Below the pieces are notes generated by a model. It worked only from the letters and a program-made list of their open reading frames with translations, ran no database searches and was not told the origin of the DNA. A DNA stretch of 64,000 nucleotides from Anthoceros angustus (Eukaryota; Plantae; Anthocerotophyta). The DNA lies in contig MU008150.1 in the NCBI GenBank assembly GCA_010909165.1, forward strand, positions 1-64,000, in the 5' to 3' direction. The position numbers and the translations under genes are program-made. This document shows, in pieces, positions 20,547 to 38,900 of the stretch (positions are counted from its first letter, which is position 1; each line of letters opens with the position of its first letter).

Positions 20547-23174
20547 TCAAGCCAGGTTGTTAACTGTGACATAGAACGTGGCGATGAAGATGAGGACTCC
20601 AAAGCCGATAATCACAGAGCCCAAGAAAATTGCAAGCCAGTTGGAAAAACTGCTGACATGACCACAAGTCTTATCTTCTACGTTTATATCAGTGCCAGCC
20701 ATCAACTTAGACAGCTCGTTTCTTGACCCTTGCTGTATTAGCAACAATCCCGGAAAGACAAAGATCACCATCACCCCTCCTGTTGCGCCAACAATGGAGA
20801 ACACCTGGCAAGTAGGAAGGAAAACAGCAGTTGGTTGCTACGAAGACACCAGCTTAATATTAAAGCATCTGTAATCGAGGAAAGAGAAGGAGGGCAAAAG
20901 TTTACCATTCCAAGGTCAGTAAGCACCAACGCTGTCATGAGTGACAGCAGAAAGAAGGACAATGTCAACCCTGCATGGCGCTCAACTACATAACTCTCGT
21001 CTGTCAGGCTGAACGTGTGTTTAATGGCATCATCCATAATGGATCTTGCTGGATGGTTGGCCAGTGGGTAACAGACCATAGCAACCTGAGAGTTTAAAAG
21101 GCGAGTAAGAGACCGGCGAGCATGGACCAAATTTGATGTAACTCTAGAATACATACAACGGCCATGCCAATTGGCTGCAACCAGAATACATACCACAGCC
21201 ATGCCGACCCGCGCAACATTCATAGGGAAGTTGTCGTTTCCAAAACTCTTGAGCAGATCACCCTCAACGTCTGGAAACATCAAGTAACCCACTTCACCGA
21301 CCTAGAGTGGATGCTATCCGATGAATCACTCATGAACGTGAACCTCACATTAAAACATGACAGCACATTGAGTTGAAAGCTGACTACTTACCACGCAGTA
21401 GCCAGTGACACAAACAAGCATCGAGCACACGATGACTTGATCCATGATCTGAATTCGGGTACTAGTTCTCGGCTTGCCATTACTTAAAAGCATCTCACTT
21501 CCATCACCAATTGGTATCAATTGCTCGGCATCCTCCACACCCACAATCTCGCTTTTGACTCCAAACAGGGGGTCTGGGTTTTGTGCTAACTCTGCGAATA
21601 TTGGAAACACCTGACAGCACAGTCGCCTGATCAACATGCAGATCAAAGTTATGAGGAATGAATGGCCTGCAATAATTCTCGACAGACAAATTGTTAGCTA
21701 AAACAATCATGCTGTCTCTCACTGACCTTGGTATTTAGACATGACAACTACTTGATACAAAGTTCACACACTTGCAGCCTAGCAATAAGACCCCATAAGG
21801 GAAAATTCAGCAATCAAGTCTAAGAAGGTACCTGAATGTGACAGTGAAAAGCAAATACAACGATGTCCATCGCTATGAAGGCCTTTGTCCCTCCAGTAAA
21901 CACATTCACCTGATACAATATACGGCAAACACCAAGCAGATGTTAAAAGCTGGAAATTGTGCAAACAAAACCCTGCAGCACTAGTGGTTCTCTTGGAATC
22001 ACAATCTCTGACTCTCGGCCAACAGCAGCCTTTTTGTGGTTAGAAGCCTACTTTTTCTGGAAGACCTTCCTTAGAAAACTTGGCTGCTCCAGATAAAATT
22101 AACACCACCGTTAAGTACAAGAGTATTCCCACCTAAAGCGCAAGACACAAAACGTTGTTCAGAGAGAAGGATTGTTGGTCATGGAATTAAGCCCTTATTC
22201 AAAAGGGAAGAAATCAAACGAAGTAAGATTCGGGCTGCATTTACCGACAAAATACTGGTGAACTTCAAATCCTTCAAGTTCCTCTTCCATGCAAGAGGAA
22301 GAACAACTAAAGTCCCACATAGGATAATGACAACTCTGCAGAGATGGACAATAATAAGTGACAGGGACCACTAGGTCCAACACCACGCACATATGAGTCC
22401 CTTTGTCCATGACCATTGATAGCGAAAAACATTTCAGCCTCCATTTACCTTCGATCGGCAATTTTACTTTCCGCCCCGAAGACCACAGCAAAGATGGGCT
22501 CAAACACATCTCCTGCTACAGCAAGCTAGATCGTTCAACGACTGTGGAAAGCCCTAGTGAGATTTAAAGACTGATTATGAATGAGCACGAAGTTCTCTTA
22601 GCCTAAGAAAGCGAGGGTTAGCTCACCTGTGATGATGAGGTAGGAAATTAGACCTCCGATCAGGAAAACCATCATGGTCACAGATGTGATGACAGCCATC
22701 TTGGGACCGAGTGTAATCTGCACAAGTTGCTGCAACAGAATTGCCAAGCTCAGACCTTTCGGAAGCGAAGTAGTTCAAAGTACAGATTTTGTTCGACATT
22801 TCAGACTTAGCCCGGTACCTGATAGCTCTTGGCGTTGTAAGAGTCGGCTGCGCGAACTAGGAGACACAAAGCCGCAACCTCCAAGAGCCATATGAGTCCA
22901 GTGAAGAAAAGGCCCCCCACAATTCCTGTTTGCCTGTACAAGAGACAGTAGCCGATTTGCTTTCTTGATTCGACACGCTGTTATTCGTCAAGAATTCCAA
23001 CAAGCATGCTTCTGCAGTTGTGCACATTTGTTACCTGAAAGCAAAGGGAAAGGACAACACACCAGCCCCGATTGCAGCATTGCAAAGATTTAACACAGAC
23101 ACCCAGGGCGAGAAATTGGTTCCTCCGCTAGTGCTCTGGCTCTGTTGTGGGTGACCTTCCATATTCTCAGCCAT
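20547..23174 (-). CDS. Multi-exon amino-acid transporter (Aa_trans; AVT6/SLC38-like)
   Basis: First exon 23174-23035 contains SVLNLCNAAIGAGVLSFPFAF. Later exons contain GYLMFPDVEGDLL, VCYPLANHPAR and hydrophobic TM segments. Stop at 20547. Confidence 0.88.
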
Positions 23175-23936
23175 GTCTTCAAACCGCAAATTCAGATGAA
23201 ATTCCCTCCCGGCGTACCACAATCCATGAAGCAGTGTAGACTAAAGCATGCTTGTATTGAATTTCGCTATATCACATACTTAGGCGACGAGCGTGCGATA
23301 AGTTTCCAATTGTCGCCCTTCCTCGCTCCATAAGAGAGGGACAGCTGTCCGCTGCGGCCGACGCGGATCCGGACTGCCGAATTCAAGCTCCCCAGCACCA
23401 GCATGACAGGCTGATCTGTAAGGCGCCGGTGCACAGCAAAACACGCCCAGCCTGCTTTGTAAGGCGTCGGCGCACAGCAATTCAGGACCACAAGAACCTC
23501 TATAATCGCGTGGTATGTTGAGAGGTTCGCGCTATGTGTAGAATTGCAAACGGGAACATGGACACAGGATGATTCCGTGTGTTGCACATGACAACCATCA
23601 AAAATAGTAATATTACAAGAAAAATGTGGACTAAAGGTAGCCTCTGGCGTACTTGGTACCCAGTTTCCTGCTTGCGTCGACGACTAGATCACAGACCCCA
23701 CAGCACGTTGCCACTCGCCAACAACAAGGGCTCGACTGAAAGGCTACAGTACAAAAGAATGAAGAGGCGGGATTCGAGAAGGGGCACATGCATTATCATA
23801 AGAGTTGTAACGGAGAGCTAACTCAGGGACCATGTATACGCAGCACAGCGGGGCAGGTCCGACGGCACATACCCTATATAGACAGCCCGGAACAAAACGC
23901 CCTTTGGACCGGCAGCCAAGAGTACGCCACATTCCA

Positions 23937-26900
23937 CTATTGGTCCTGGCTCAGAGCGGCGGAGTTGGACGACGTCGACGAGGACGACGAGGCAGCCCCA
24001 ACAGCAGCAGGCCTGAACCTCAGAGACCCGCTTGTTATCCCAAATTTCCTGTCAGAATCCTGTTGAAATTCCGGAGTCAAAGCTACATCCCCCCCTACGG
24101 TTTTCTTGCCTTTGGCTCCGATACCACCGCTTACATAACCCAGAGATGAAAGATTGCCCGCTGTAAAACTGGGCACAGGGGATGCGCCCTCTTGCACCAT
24201 AGCTCCTTCAGACAGAGGCTCTGCAGCAGCCGCCACAATTGCCCCCTCTTCCGCGACTCCAGGTTCACCCCTTCCACTGCTTTCATGGGCAGCTTGTTCA
24301 CTGTTACCACGAACTTTCTCCCCAAAATTATGCAGCCGCCTCCCAACAAGATAGCGATCATCACGAATGGAGTTGTGAAGATCCAACAACCATACATGCA
24401 GCCTCTTGCCAACGCACCACAGTATGATCATCACCAAGCAGCCAAGCCATGCGAACCGGCTCACGGCGGAGTCCACATTGTACCCAAAGCCCAAGAGTGG
24501 GAAAACCTTTTGCCCAAGAACATAAGGAACCCCAAGTGCTACGAGAAGATAAAGCAGAATAGGGCCAATAATCTCTCGAATTACCCAGACGCCACGTAGT
24601 CTGGCGAAACCATCAGCCTTGACCTGCTCAAACTTCACACGCCAGCTATCATCCCACAAAGGTCTGACTTGCCCGCCCAGCATGACCTGTACAGGTGTCA
24701 TCAGGTTAGCAAGCAGTGGACAAGTCCATCAGAACAGCACCTCAGAAACTCATGACTCACCAGCCTCGTCCAGATTTTGAGAAACACCAGCCCTAGAGCC
24801 CAATCTTGATAGAGTAACAGGACAGGACACTCATTGATGGGCACACGTATGGGAACCAGTACAAGGAGCTCAAAATACAGGCCAATCAGTACAGGTATGA
24901 CAACAATCTGCAATAGAAACCCCACCATTAGTTAGCTCAAGTGTTGCTGGAGACTTTAGTTGAAGGATTGAGGTAACTGGTTTTAGAAAGCCACGCGTAG
25001 CAATAAAGTAAAAGTCACGCTCACCCAAAGTGTCAAGAGGACAGCGCTCTTTGCCACAATTGCTGACCACTTGAGGATCTGCAGCATTAACACCTTGACA
25101 TTATGTGTCTTCAAGTAGTCAGCCGCATAGCGAACAGCTGCAGCAGCTGCCCAGAGCAAATAGCATCCAATGTTGAAAGCGTACAGGTCTGCCATCAACA
25201 CCAGGAAACACATTGAAGAGAAATTCCAACAATACAACCACCACCCTTTAGAAACTGGTGAAAACTACCACCATACTTCTTTCAAGTACATACCATTGCA
25301 TTTGGCACCCCTAGTAATTGGTAGTCGTGACACAGAGGCAAATAGTCCTCTACCCAATGATATAGGCAAGACGATCACCGAAGAGTTGAACAAAAGAAGA
25401 GTGATCCAAGCCCCAAAAAGCAACAAGGCAATGCGCACTGCAAAGCGGTACCTGCATTGGATGTAAGGTACTCATTAGGTCATTCATTGTGATTTCCAGA
25501 AGCTTAGGATACTGAAATGATTTCACTTACTCTTCAGAGTCTCCGTCTTCCTCAGAGTCATCTGTGATATCAAAAAGTCTGTCAGCTGCTAACAATGGCC
25601 CTGTCTCTGCAAGGTTCTGGATGGCAGCGGCTGGTTCAGCAGCTCCTCCAGGATGGGCAGCCAGTGGTCTGACTACTTGGTCAGCCTCATGGTTGCCAGC
25701 ATTCCCTAACCTGTTGTTATCCTCTGGACCAGGCAGTAGGAACTCACAGAGTCCCAGCACCCAACCAACAGCAGAGAACCAATGGTGGAGAACAGTTTTG
25801 ATGGTTGCACGCGGTCGGAAATGCTCCACTGCGAAAGGGATGCAAATGTGAAACAGAAGCATATCAGCTGGAATCTCCGTAAACGGGTCTGATACTCTGC
25901 ATGATTCCAACATCAAAGCAATCAGAAACCGTGTTGTGGGTCACTAACCCAATCTTGCTACAATAGCAATGTTAATTTCTGCTCACCTCAAATCCAGGGG
26001 AAACATAGAAGGAGCAATGTAAACAGCTAGTTGCACTGGAAGGAAGACCAGCATGACAATCAAACTTCCATAAACCAGTACAGAGAGCAGCACACGACGA
26101 GCATGCTTGTGAATAGGGTCATCAATCAGATCTCGAAATGGGTTGTAATTGGGATCCGCAGGGTCGCGCAGAAAATATAGCACGCCAGGTTTAAGAACCT
26201 GGAAAATCATAAATGCACAGGTTAAGACCTAAACTAGATAGAGGAAAATGGAAATCCAACAAGAAAGGCTGGATTGACATACCTCGCGCAAGAGACTAAC
26301 AAAGATGCTTATATGTAGCATGTAAACGATGCCAACCAGCCAGTGGAGAATACAGCTTGTCAAAGGGGCTGACCAGAAGAAGACAACCCTTTGAGCTATT
26401 GTCGAATCAAACATCCCAAGTGTGCAGATGTCAAGCCACCATCCACATAGAAGAGGAAACAACCCTAGCTCGATAACAAGGAGGAATGCAACCTTCACCA
26501 TGGTTGCCAGATACGTTAGACCTGCCATCATTTGCCTTGCCACGGAAGGTGCGGCCTCAGCCATGGATGCAACTCCATGCATCCTTGTAACCCTGAGAGG
26601 TTCCCCTCTGCCATACCTTATCAAGGCCATGAGCCCAAGGTACAGACCCAATGCTAGAGCAATTACTCCATACCCAACAGCAACCGTTCCAGCATCCGAC
26701 AGCTGTAATTTCCCAATCATTGCCACAGTTACAGACTCAAGGCCACTTTCCCAGACATTTGTAGCGTCTGCTGTCAGACCCCCAGCAGCTGCAATGCTGT
26801 CCATACTGTTATTGGGTTTTATATCAGTGGCAGCAAGTGAAAACAATGCAGCTGGAAGCGTTACAGAGTTATTGACAACTGGGCTTGAGCTATTCAGCTT

Positions 26901-28374
26901 CTGGCTCTCCATGAAGTGGTTGACCCCCAGCGTGACAGCAGATGCTCCAACCAGCCTAGAAGCGATCCACAGGATCATGCGGCCAATTGTGAATGGAATC
27001 AAAGCCACAACGCCAAGGAAAATGGCATTGCTGGCTAAAACCTGCACACACAAATCAGCCGGTTACAGCAAGGCATACATTCTCCTTAGAGGCCGAAATG
27101 GATAACAGCTTAACAATTGCATCTAATTGTGGAATAACTTACAGTGATGGCATTTTCAACCAGATGAAACACAGGACCTTGCATCCCTACAAGCTCATCA
27201 AAAGGTACATCTTCAGCCCCATCAACATCCTCGACAGCATCAAACATTTGCTCAACATGAGCTTCAAGACGAGCTGCTTGCATCTCCAAGCGCGCAGCCA
27301 CATTCTCTGCATTCCTCCGTATAAGCTGCCCAGCCCCAGCAGCAAGGCCTTGACCTCCAAGTGCAACATCAGCGTTAGCTAGAGCAACGGGCTGAGCTTG
27401 GGCAGCAGGCTCCACAGCCGCTCGGCCAAATGCACCCCCACGCCTCCCTGCCCTGCCGCCAAACTGCCTATCTACTGCATCATCCTCACGATCATCTTGA
27501 CCCGCAAGTTCCCTCATATGACGGAAGTATTCTCTCAGAGAGGTGACGCCCAAAAATATGAAAACAATCCCCGCGGAAAGAAGAAACCCGTGCAGACAGT
27601 CTGCAAGCAGCAGACTGGGGACAAGCCGGCTGATGAACAGCCTGTGTGCCCCAGCAAAACTCCTTACAAAAGTGAGCCGCCAAATCCAAAACGTGGTGAA
27701 GGGGATAAAGAGAAGCCATACTGATAGAACAAAAGCCAAGCGGAAGAAAAACTTGCATCCTCTTCCAGCTTTCAGGGCCATGCCCAATAAAAGTTCCTGA
27801 AAAGGGAGCCTTGCTGGCGCGTTCTCGGCATATACAGGGGAGAAGGAGAAGGCATGCTTGCATACCTGAAAAGCGTGCAACAGCGAGGGGCCTAAGGTTA
27901 AGAAGGGCAAGCTACCCCAGAAGAAGAAGAAAAAAAAGAAGAGCTCAACTGGAAAGCAGAAGGAAACGAGGAGAAGAAACCACTACACGAGCAGCTCAGG
28001 TTATTCCCTAGTAGCGCTACGTGCAGTAATCCCAAGGTCCTGGGACAAGGAACAGCTGGTAGAATGCACAAACAAATGAGGATAGCACTCACTTCGCACT
28101 GCCGTGCATTGCTGTGGTTGAGCCACTGTAATAGGCACTCCTGATGCACGTACTTGATGCTGCCACTGCATGCGCACGGGTAGTAGAGTGGAGACTCATC
28201 GTTTCCAGGGTTCCGGCATATCCTACAAACATCCTCCTCGTCATCGTCAGCGTCCTGCGGCCTTATGGCCCTTTCCGCCTCCTGCTCCTGCTGCTGCGGC
28301 TCTACTTCCCTCAGAACCCCGCTAACTGCATCCGGCCGTACACCAGGAGGAGCTCCAACCACATCTATCTCCAT
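23937..28374 (-). CDS. SUD1: RING-CH polytopic membrane E3 ubiquitin ligase (SUD1/DOA10/MARCH6 family), multi-exon
   Basis: CRICRNPGNDESPLYYPCACSGSIKYVHQECLLQWL RING-CH. Also EDVPFDELVGMQGPVFHLVEN, PLLCGWWLDIC, LRPGVLYFLRDPADPNYNPFRDL, YQDWALGLVFLKIW, IRDDRYLVGRRLHNF. Confidence 0.95.
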
Positions 28375-30225
28375 CTTGCCGAGGCCCTCTCGTGCTGCCG
28401 CAACCTCCTGATCCCAACCTACTCAAACCATGAACGGGCCCTAACGAATCTACCCGAGAAAACCACAGTCCCAGCACTGGCCCCCCTCTCGGTAGCAACC
28501 AGAGCTCGGGGGCAGACAAGTGTCACCGGCGAGCTCACAGTGAAGGCACGATGCCTGAGAAGTGCATGCGCGGTAGCGAGAGGCAGTAATTGCCGGCACC
28601 CTAGCCAAGGCAGCAAAAAACCCGGCTTCCAGACTCAGCGCATCCCCTGCAGTCAAGAAGCGGCGGTTGGGCCTGGCGCGGCCCCGCCCTGAGCCGGTCA
28701 GCCCCGAAACTGTTCCTCCAGCAGCCTCCGGTGCGAAGACATAACAGCATCCGAGAGCGGCAAACCCTGGGCGGCCCCAGGCCCGGCGGGTGTCTGGAGA
28801 CGTGAATTCTGCACCGCCCTGGAAACCGAGGGCAGGGCACGCCTCCGCGGGGCCCGATCCCGCAACACCCTAGGAGCTGCGGGCCTTGGTGCCTAAGCCT
28901 CGCTGCGTCGCTGCGCTGCGCTGCGGTCGGGAGCCTTTCTTCTCACACCTACTTGCGCTCTCGCCTTCCGCCTTCCTGCGTGCTTGACTGGGCGCAACGC
29001 GATCAGGTGAGGAAACTTGGTTGGTGAGCGGGAGCCCGAGCTCCGCGATGCGTCGACGATGGCGGGGCGTGGGGAAAGAGAGGAGAAAGGAGACTCGGGC
29101 GCCAACCCGGGAGCAGGAAGGAGATAGGAAAAGAGGGGGATAGCGGCACGCCCCAGATCTTACCGTTCCCGCGGATTCCCCTTGCTTCTTTTCCTGCTCC
29201 AGCGCATTTCTAGGCCTGGTGGGCAGGCGCGAGCAGCAGACCTATCGCTTCCCCTTGCTGGCACACGGAGCGGCAAAGGCGGGAATGGGGAGATTTAGGG
29301 CGGGTGCAGACTACAAAATATACGCGGGAGGAGCGTCGGGTTAATTAGTCATCACCAGGGTTAAGCATCGTGAAAGCAAGTACGAGGCGGACGGTGACGG
29401 AAATTCTTCCTGTCCCCGACTGCCCAACGGCAGCCACGTGGGTACAAGAGATATGCATATGAGAGCGTGCAGCTGCAGCGGGACTCAAGGGATGGACGGG
29501 TGGGGGGAATTTTCGCTTACACGGCCTATAGTACAGCGTAGTGTGACGACGACCATTTCAACGGCCTTTGCCAGACACTCTCGTTTCGCAGCATGCGATG
29601 CCACGCCAGGGCCAGGCCGAGAGATGAGACGAGGAATCGGAATCCTGATCTCGTCTGGATTCCTGAATCGTCTCGACTCGTGAGTCGTCTCTTCTGATGC
29701 CGCCGACTCGTTCTCACTTCTGGAGCGAATGACCTACTACATCGTAGTCTTGTGAGGGTGCAGGGCCAGGTCCCGGGCCCGCCGCAGGAGCATCTGTTTG
29801 TGTATGCATAATAGAAGCATTGAGAGGAGGAGGATGTTTGGACAGCATTCAACAGTCCGCCGTGCATCTCCATAGTGCAGGTACAGTGACACGTCAAAAT
29901 GAAGGCTAAAAAGTCGGATGAGAAATGATGTCTCTTTCCTCCTTCAAGATGCTTCTTGAGAAGTGCAAAGACTCCTTGGACACAGTGCCACAGGGCGTGC
30001 TGCATGCATTAATCCATGAGAGGCATCCGCTGATTGTGCGGGACGCGGCCGGTCAGATCTCGCTATGCCCGTCCCGAAAGTGGTTGGTGGACCAGGCGCG
30101 TATGGCGCTTAAACGGAAAATCAAAGATATGCAGACACATCAAAGGGAAAAACAAAGATCTGCTGATATATCAAACGGAAGCGAGCAGGGCAAGGCAAAG
30201 CGAAGCCTGGAGCCTGGAGGGAGCT

Positions 30226-31164
30226 ATGGCGGAGGCAGGCAGAATTGGCGGGATCTTCATCTACCCGGTGAAGTCGTGCCGTGGCATCGCGGTGCAGCGG
30301 GCCAACATTTGGAGCAGGGGATTCCGCTGGGACCGGGAGTGGCTGGTAGTGGACGGCAGGGGCAGGATGCAGACGCAGCGGGTGGAGCCGCGGCTGGCGC
30401 TGGTGGAGACGGGCCTGACGCCGGGGGCGTTCCAGGAGCCTCTGCCGGCCGGGGCAGCGCTGCGCCTCACAGCGCCGGGGATGGAGCCGCTGTACGTGCC
30501 GCTGGAGACCGACAGTCCCAGGCCGGCGGTAGAGCGGGTGTCGGTGTGGGGCTGGGCCGGGGGAGCTCTGGACGAGGGACCTCTTCCCGCCGAATGGCTG
30601 TCGCGTTACTTGGGAAAGCCCGTGCGCTTGGTGCGCTTCGACGAGGCCCGGGTGGCGCGGTCCTGCGGGGAGGAGGCGCCGGGATTCACCACCGGCTTCG
30701 CTGACGCCTTCCCCTTTCTGGTCATCTCCAACGCGTCCCTGGAAGCGCTCAACCGGAGGCTCCCTTCCACTCCGCTGCCCATTAACAGATTCCGTCCCAA
30801 CCTGTTCGTGGAGGGGGACGGGGTGGAGGCCTTTGAGGAGGATACATGGAGGAAGTTCAAGGTCGGGGACCTGACCTTCTACGGGGTTAAGCCCTGCTCG
30901 CGCTGCAAGGTGACCACCATCGACCAGTCTACCGGGCTGGGGGGGGCCGAGCCCTTGGTGGTCTTGAGGACTTTCAGAGCCGGGCAGCAGCTCGCTCCAA
31001 CGGCTGCAAAAATGAGGAACCAAGTTTACTTCGGGATGAACGCCGTGTGCGAGGATTCGCGCAAACTGGGGTCACGGCGTGTTGTTTCCGTGGGCGACCC
31101 TGTCACAGTGTTGGAGAAGGAGACCGACTTCGGCTTCAGCTTCAGAATGGAGTCCATGGATTGA
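30226..31164 (+). CDS. Intronless MOSC_N + MOSC domain protein (mARC-like molybdenum-cofactor protein), 312 aa
   Basis: IFIYPVKSCRG, WDREWLVVD, FADAFPFL, PINRFRPN, GVKPCSRCKV. The ATG at 30226 is chosen by homology to the family N-terminus. Confidence 0.9.
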   Translation: MAEAGRIGGIFIYPVKSCRGIAVQRANIWSRGFRWDREWLVVDGRGRMQTQRVEPRLALVETGLTPGAFQEPLPAGAALRLTAPGMEPLYVPLETDSPRPAVERVSVWGWAGGALDEGPLPAEWLSRYLGKPVRLVRFDEARVARSCGEEAPGFTTGFADAFPFLVISNASLEALNRRLPSTPLPINRFRPNLFVEGDGVEAFEEDTWRKFKVGDLTFYGVKPCSRCKVTTIDQSTGLGGAEPLVVLRTFRAGQQLAPTAAKMRNQVYFGMNAVCEDSRKLGSRRVVSVGDPVTVLEKETDFGFSFRMESMD

Positions 31165-31177
31165 GCTTCTCATGCTC

Positions 31178-35949
<4,772 letters not shown>

Positions 35950-38900
35950 GGCAAAAACCCTTGGAGAAGATCACACTTGCCGAGCACAAAACCCAAGGCT
36001 TGACTTCGGCTAGAAATCACGTGGAGGATGAGGCCTGAAGAACGCCACATTAGCACACAACAAAGCCTGAACAGCTCACTGTGCCACCGTCACTAAATTG
36101 CGGGGAAGCTTGTCTTTCAAATTCCACGCCTGGTTTTGCAAAACAGCTGACACACCTACATACTCGCCACTTGAGTGGACAGTCGCGCCACCGAGGCGGG
36201 GCACAATGCGGGTACGTATCATGAATCGTGGATCAAGTAGCCTGTCAGGAGACTCCGACCAGGGAGTTGAACCAATGTAGCCTCCAGTGTTCCCGAGAGG
36301 ATTGTGAAGTCGGACGGGAACGCGTGATTATGCTTCCCGCCATCCCCTTTTCCACGGACAGAAACTTCCGATTCACACGCGATATCGATTCCACGAACCG
36401 GATACGGCCTGTGGAAGATGTACGGGTGAAGTTCCCGCGCTTCCTTCGTTCCTTCGATTGTGGCATTCGGTTCTCCTGCTCGTCGTGGCACTGTAGGCAC
36501 TGGCGAATGCGGTGGCTGGAGGCCCGTACTCCTTGGTTTCATGATGGTCAATATAGATTACCAAAAATTCTTCGAACCATAAGTGCTTGCGGCCATCGCC
36601 TTTCGGCTGCATATTTGCGTCTCCGCGTCGGAGTTCGAATCCCTCAGGCTCCGTATCACTTCTGATGTAAGAGATGATGGCGACCTATATTTTCATCTCA
36701 ACAGCAAATACATTTGAGGTGGTGGAGGTGGTAGTCTTTGTAGAGAGCTATCTATTGATATAAAAGCTATTACAAAAATATAAGCAAGATGTTAGATAAT
36801 TGATCTCATTTTTATTTTTTGATGAAACAATATTTCCTTGTTTCACTTGGTTTCGGAGACTCGTATCTTTTTTTTTTGCTTGTCCTAGACTATGATTTGT
36901 ATTTAGAGATCTATTTTTGAGATCTACAACCTAAGTTAGTACAGAAAAGCCTAAACAAATGATATTCATATGGGTAAGAAACTATCAAACAACCTCAAAG
37001 AAACTTAGGAGTTTAGGAAAGAAAATTATGATTTTGGAGAAAATGATTATTTTAGACTCTCTTTGAAAAGCTGACCAATTGTAGTTAGAAACTCTTAAAA
37101 GACATAAGAAACGTTTAGAGAAGCACATAAAAAGGTGTAAGTTTCTATGGTTTAATTAGGTTTTGTTAACTTTTTTCAATGAAATTAATATTTAAAAAAA
37201 TACTGTCATATACAAAGTGACTATTGGAGTAAAATTATGATTTTACTCAACCTAAAAAACACTATAAAAGAACCATATTTAGTAAAAACTACCCTCAAAT
37301 TCTCAATTCGAGCTCCTTGACTATTCTGGGGTTGCGTAGCATCCTACCAGTTCATAAATCGTAAAAAATGGTTACACACTTTTAAGTAGTGCTTGAGCAT
37401 CTTTGCAAATTGAAAAAAAGGCTCTAGATAAAATTGTAGGTGGTCATGAAGTCATACCTTTTAAATAAGAGGCCTAGTGCTCCCAAGAGGGATTAGATGT
37501 TGTTTTCTCCAACCGAAATATATGGCTCTTTGTCTATCTCTATTTAGATAAATTTATAATTTCTTTGGTAATTTTATTTTTTTACAGTTTTATTAATTAT
37601 CATGGATTTAAGAATCACTTTCTAGTTAAGCACTTCTTAGTTGTAGGAGGATGTACTAGGTATATATAGACGACACGAGATCTTCTTTGACTAAGTATAA
37701 TTATTTAGCAAAGAATATAACTTAATATAGCTTGTTATGTTAGAGTTTCAAGCGCAAATAAACTTGTGGATTTCTTCCATTATGACACATCACAACAAGT
37801 GGAAAACAATACATATGTTTTTTCTTCTTCTCCAACCTCTATTGTCTTCTACACCCTATATAATTTTAATTTACAAACTATTTGGGTGTTGCGCGGATGG
37901 TGTTGGTTTCACAACAAGCTATTTATGTGTTGCTAAGATGGTGTTAGTCTGACAACAAGCTATTTGTGTGTTCCTAGGATGGTTTCGTTCCACAACAAGC
38001 TATTCATGTGTTTTAACTCCTCGCTTCAAAAAATCCTCCCAACAACAATGTCTGCGCAATATTGGCGGATTCCGTTGAAATGGACTGCTTGGCAAAAGGC
38101 AGTAGACTTTCGCATCATCATATCCAAAAAAAATCGTGTCCCAGAAAACCATGTACGTTATTGCGGGTTTTGAACAAATGTGGCATCCACGATTCGACAG
38201 CACCGCAATAGAACGTGGAAAAATATATTATCGTCTTTGAATTCATTCCTTCAAATCTTCAGAAAATGTGCGGGGACCGGAACTGGTGGATGCGTTTGAA
38301 CTTGCGTCGGACACGCCGTTCTTATCATGTGTTCTAATAAAAAGAAGAACGTCCATCTGGATAGAGATACGGTTTTGGCTAATATGGTGTTTTTTACTTC
38401 AATTGGCTCTTACTTGTCATTAAATATCGCTTTTTTTTCGCTGTTGGGAAATCCATTCATGCCATTTGCAAAAACAAGGCCAATGTACTCTAACATAATC
38501 GCAATTTCTGTCCTGTATCGTCATTTTGTGTGCTCAGGATGTGAACTTGGTTATGTTGTTTAGGTCCATGGCAGAACGCACAACCTATGGATAAGAGAAG
38601 TGCGCCAGTCAGCCGGCGCACACCTTGCCCACAATCCACTACTAGTTGGAGTCCTTGGTCAACTGAAAAACTAACTCGTCTGTACCCCGTGAACCATTTT
38701 CATCAAGGGTTTCAAGATCTTCGCCTTCTGATGCGACAGCTTCTGCCACGCCATCATCCGCAGCGTCACTTCCTTCCATATGTTCCGGAGCTTCCTCCTG
38801 CACAGAGCGCAAAACGTACATGTTTTTCCGTATTATGGTTCTGGTCCTTGCATTTAATTGCTTCTGTTTTGTTAGAGAAAGCCCGTATGCTAAGATGAAT

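Noticed and set aside
29925-31023. Long overlapping ORFs 29925-30704 (+) and 30121-31023 (-)
   Set aside because: Stop-poor shadows of the GC-rich MOSC CDS.
30226-31164. Bacterial horizontal transfer of the MOSC gene
   Set aside because: The C-terminal motifs resemble plant mARC-like proteins; retroposition is the simpler explanation.
36560-36582. ATG GTT CGA AGA ATT TTT G (MVRRIF) as the RecQ start
   Set aside because: Its phase is incompatible with the next exon; the ATG at 35949 splices in frame.
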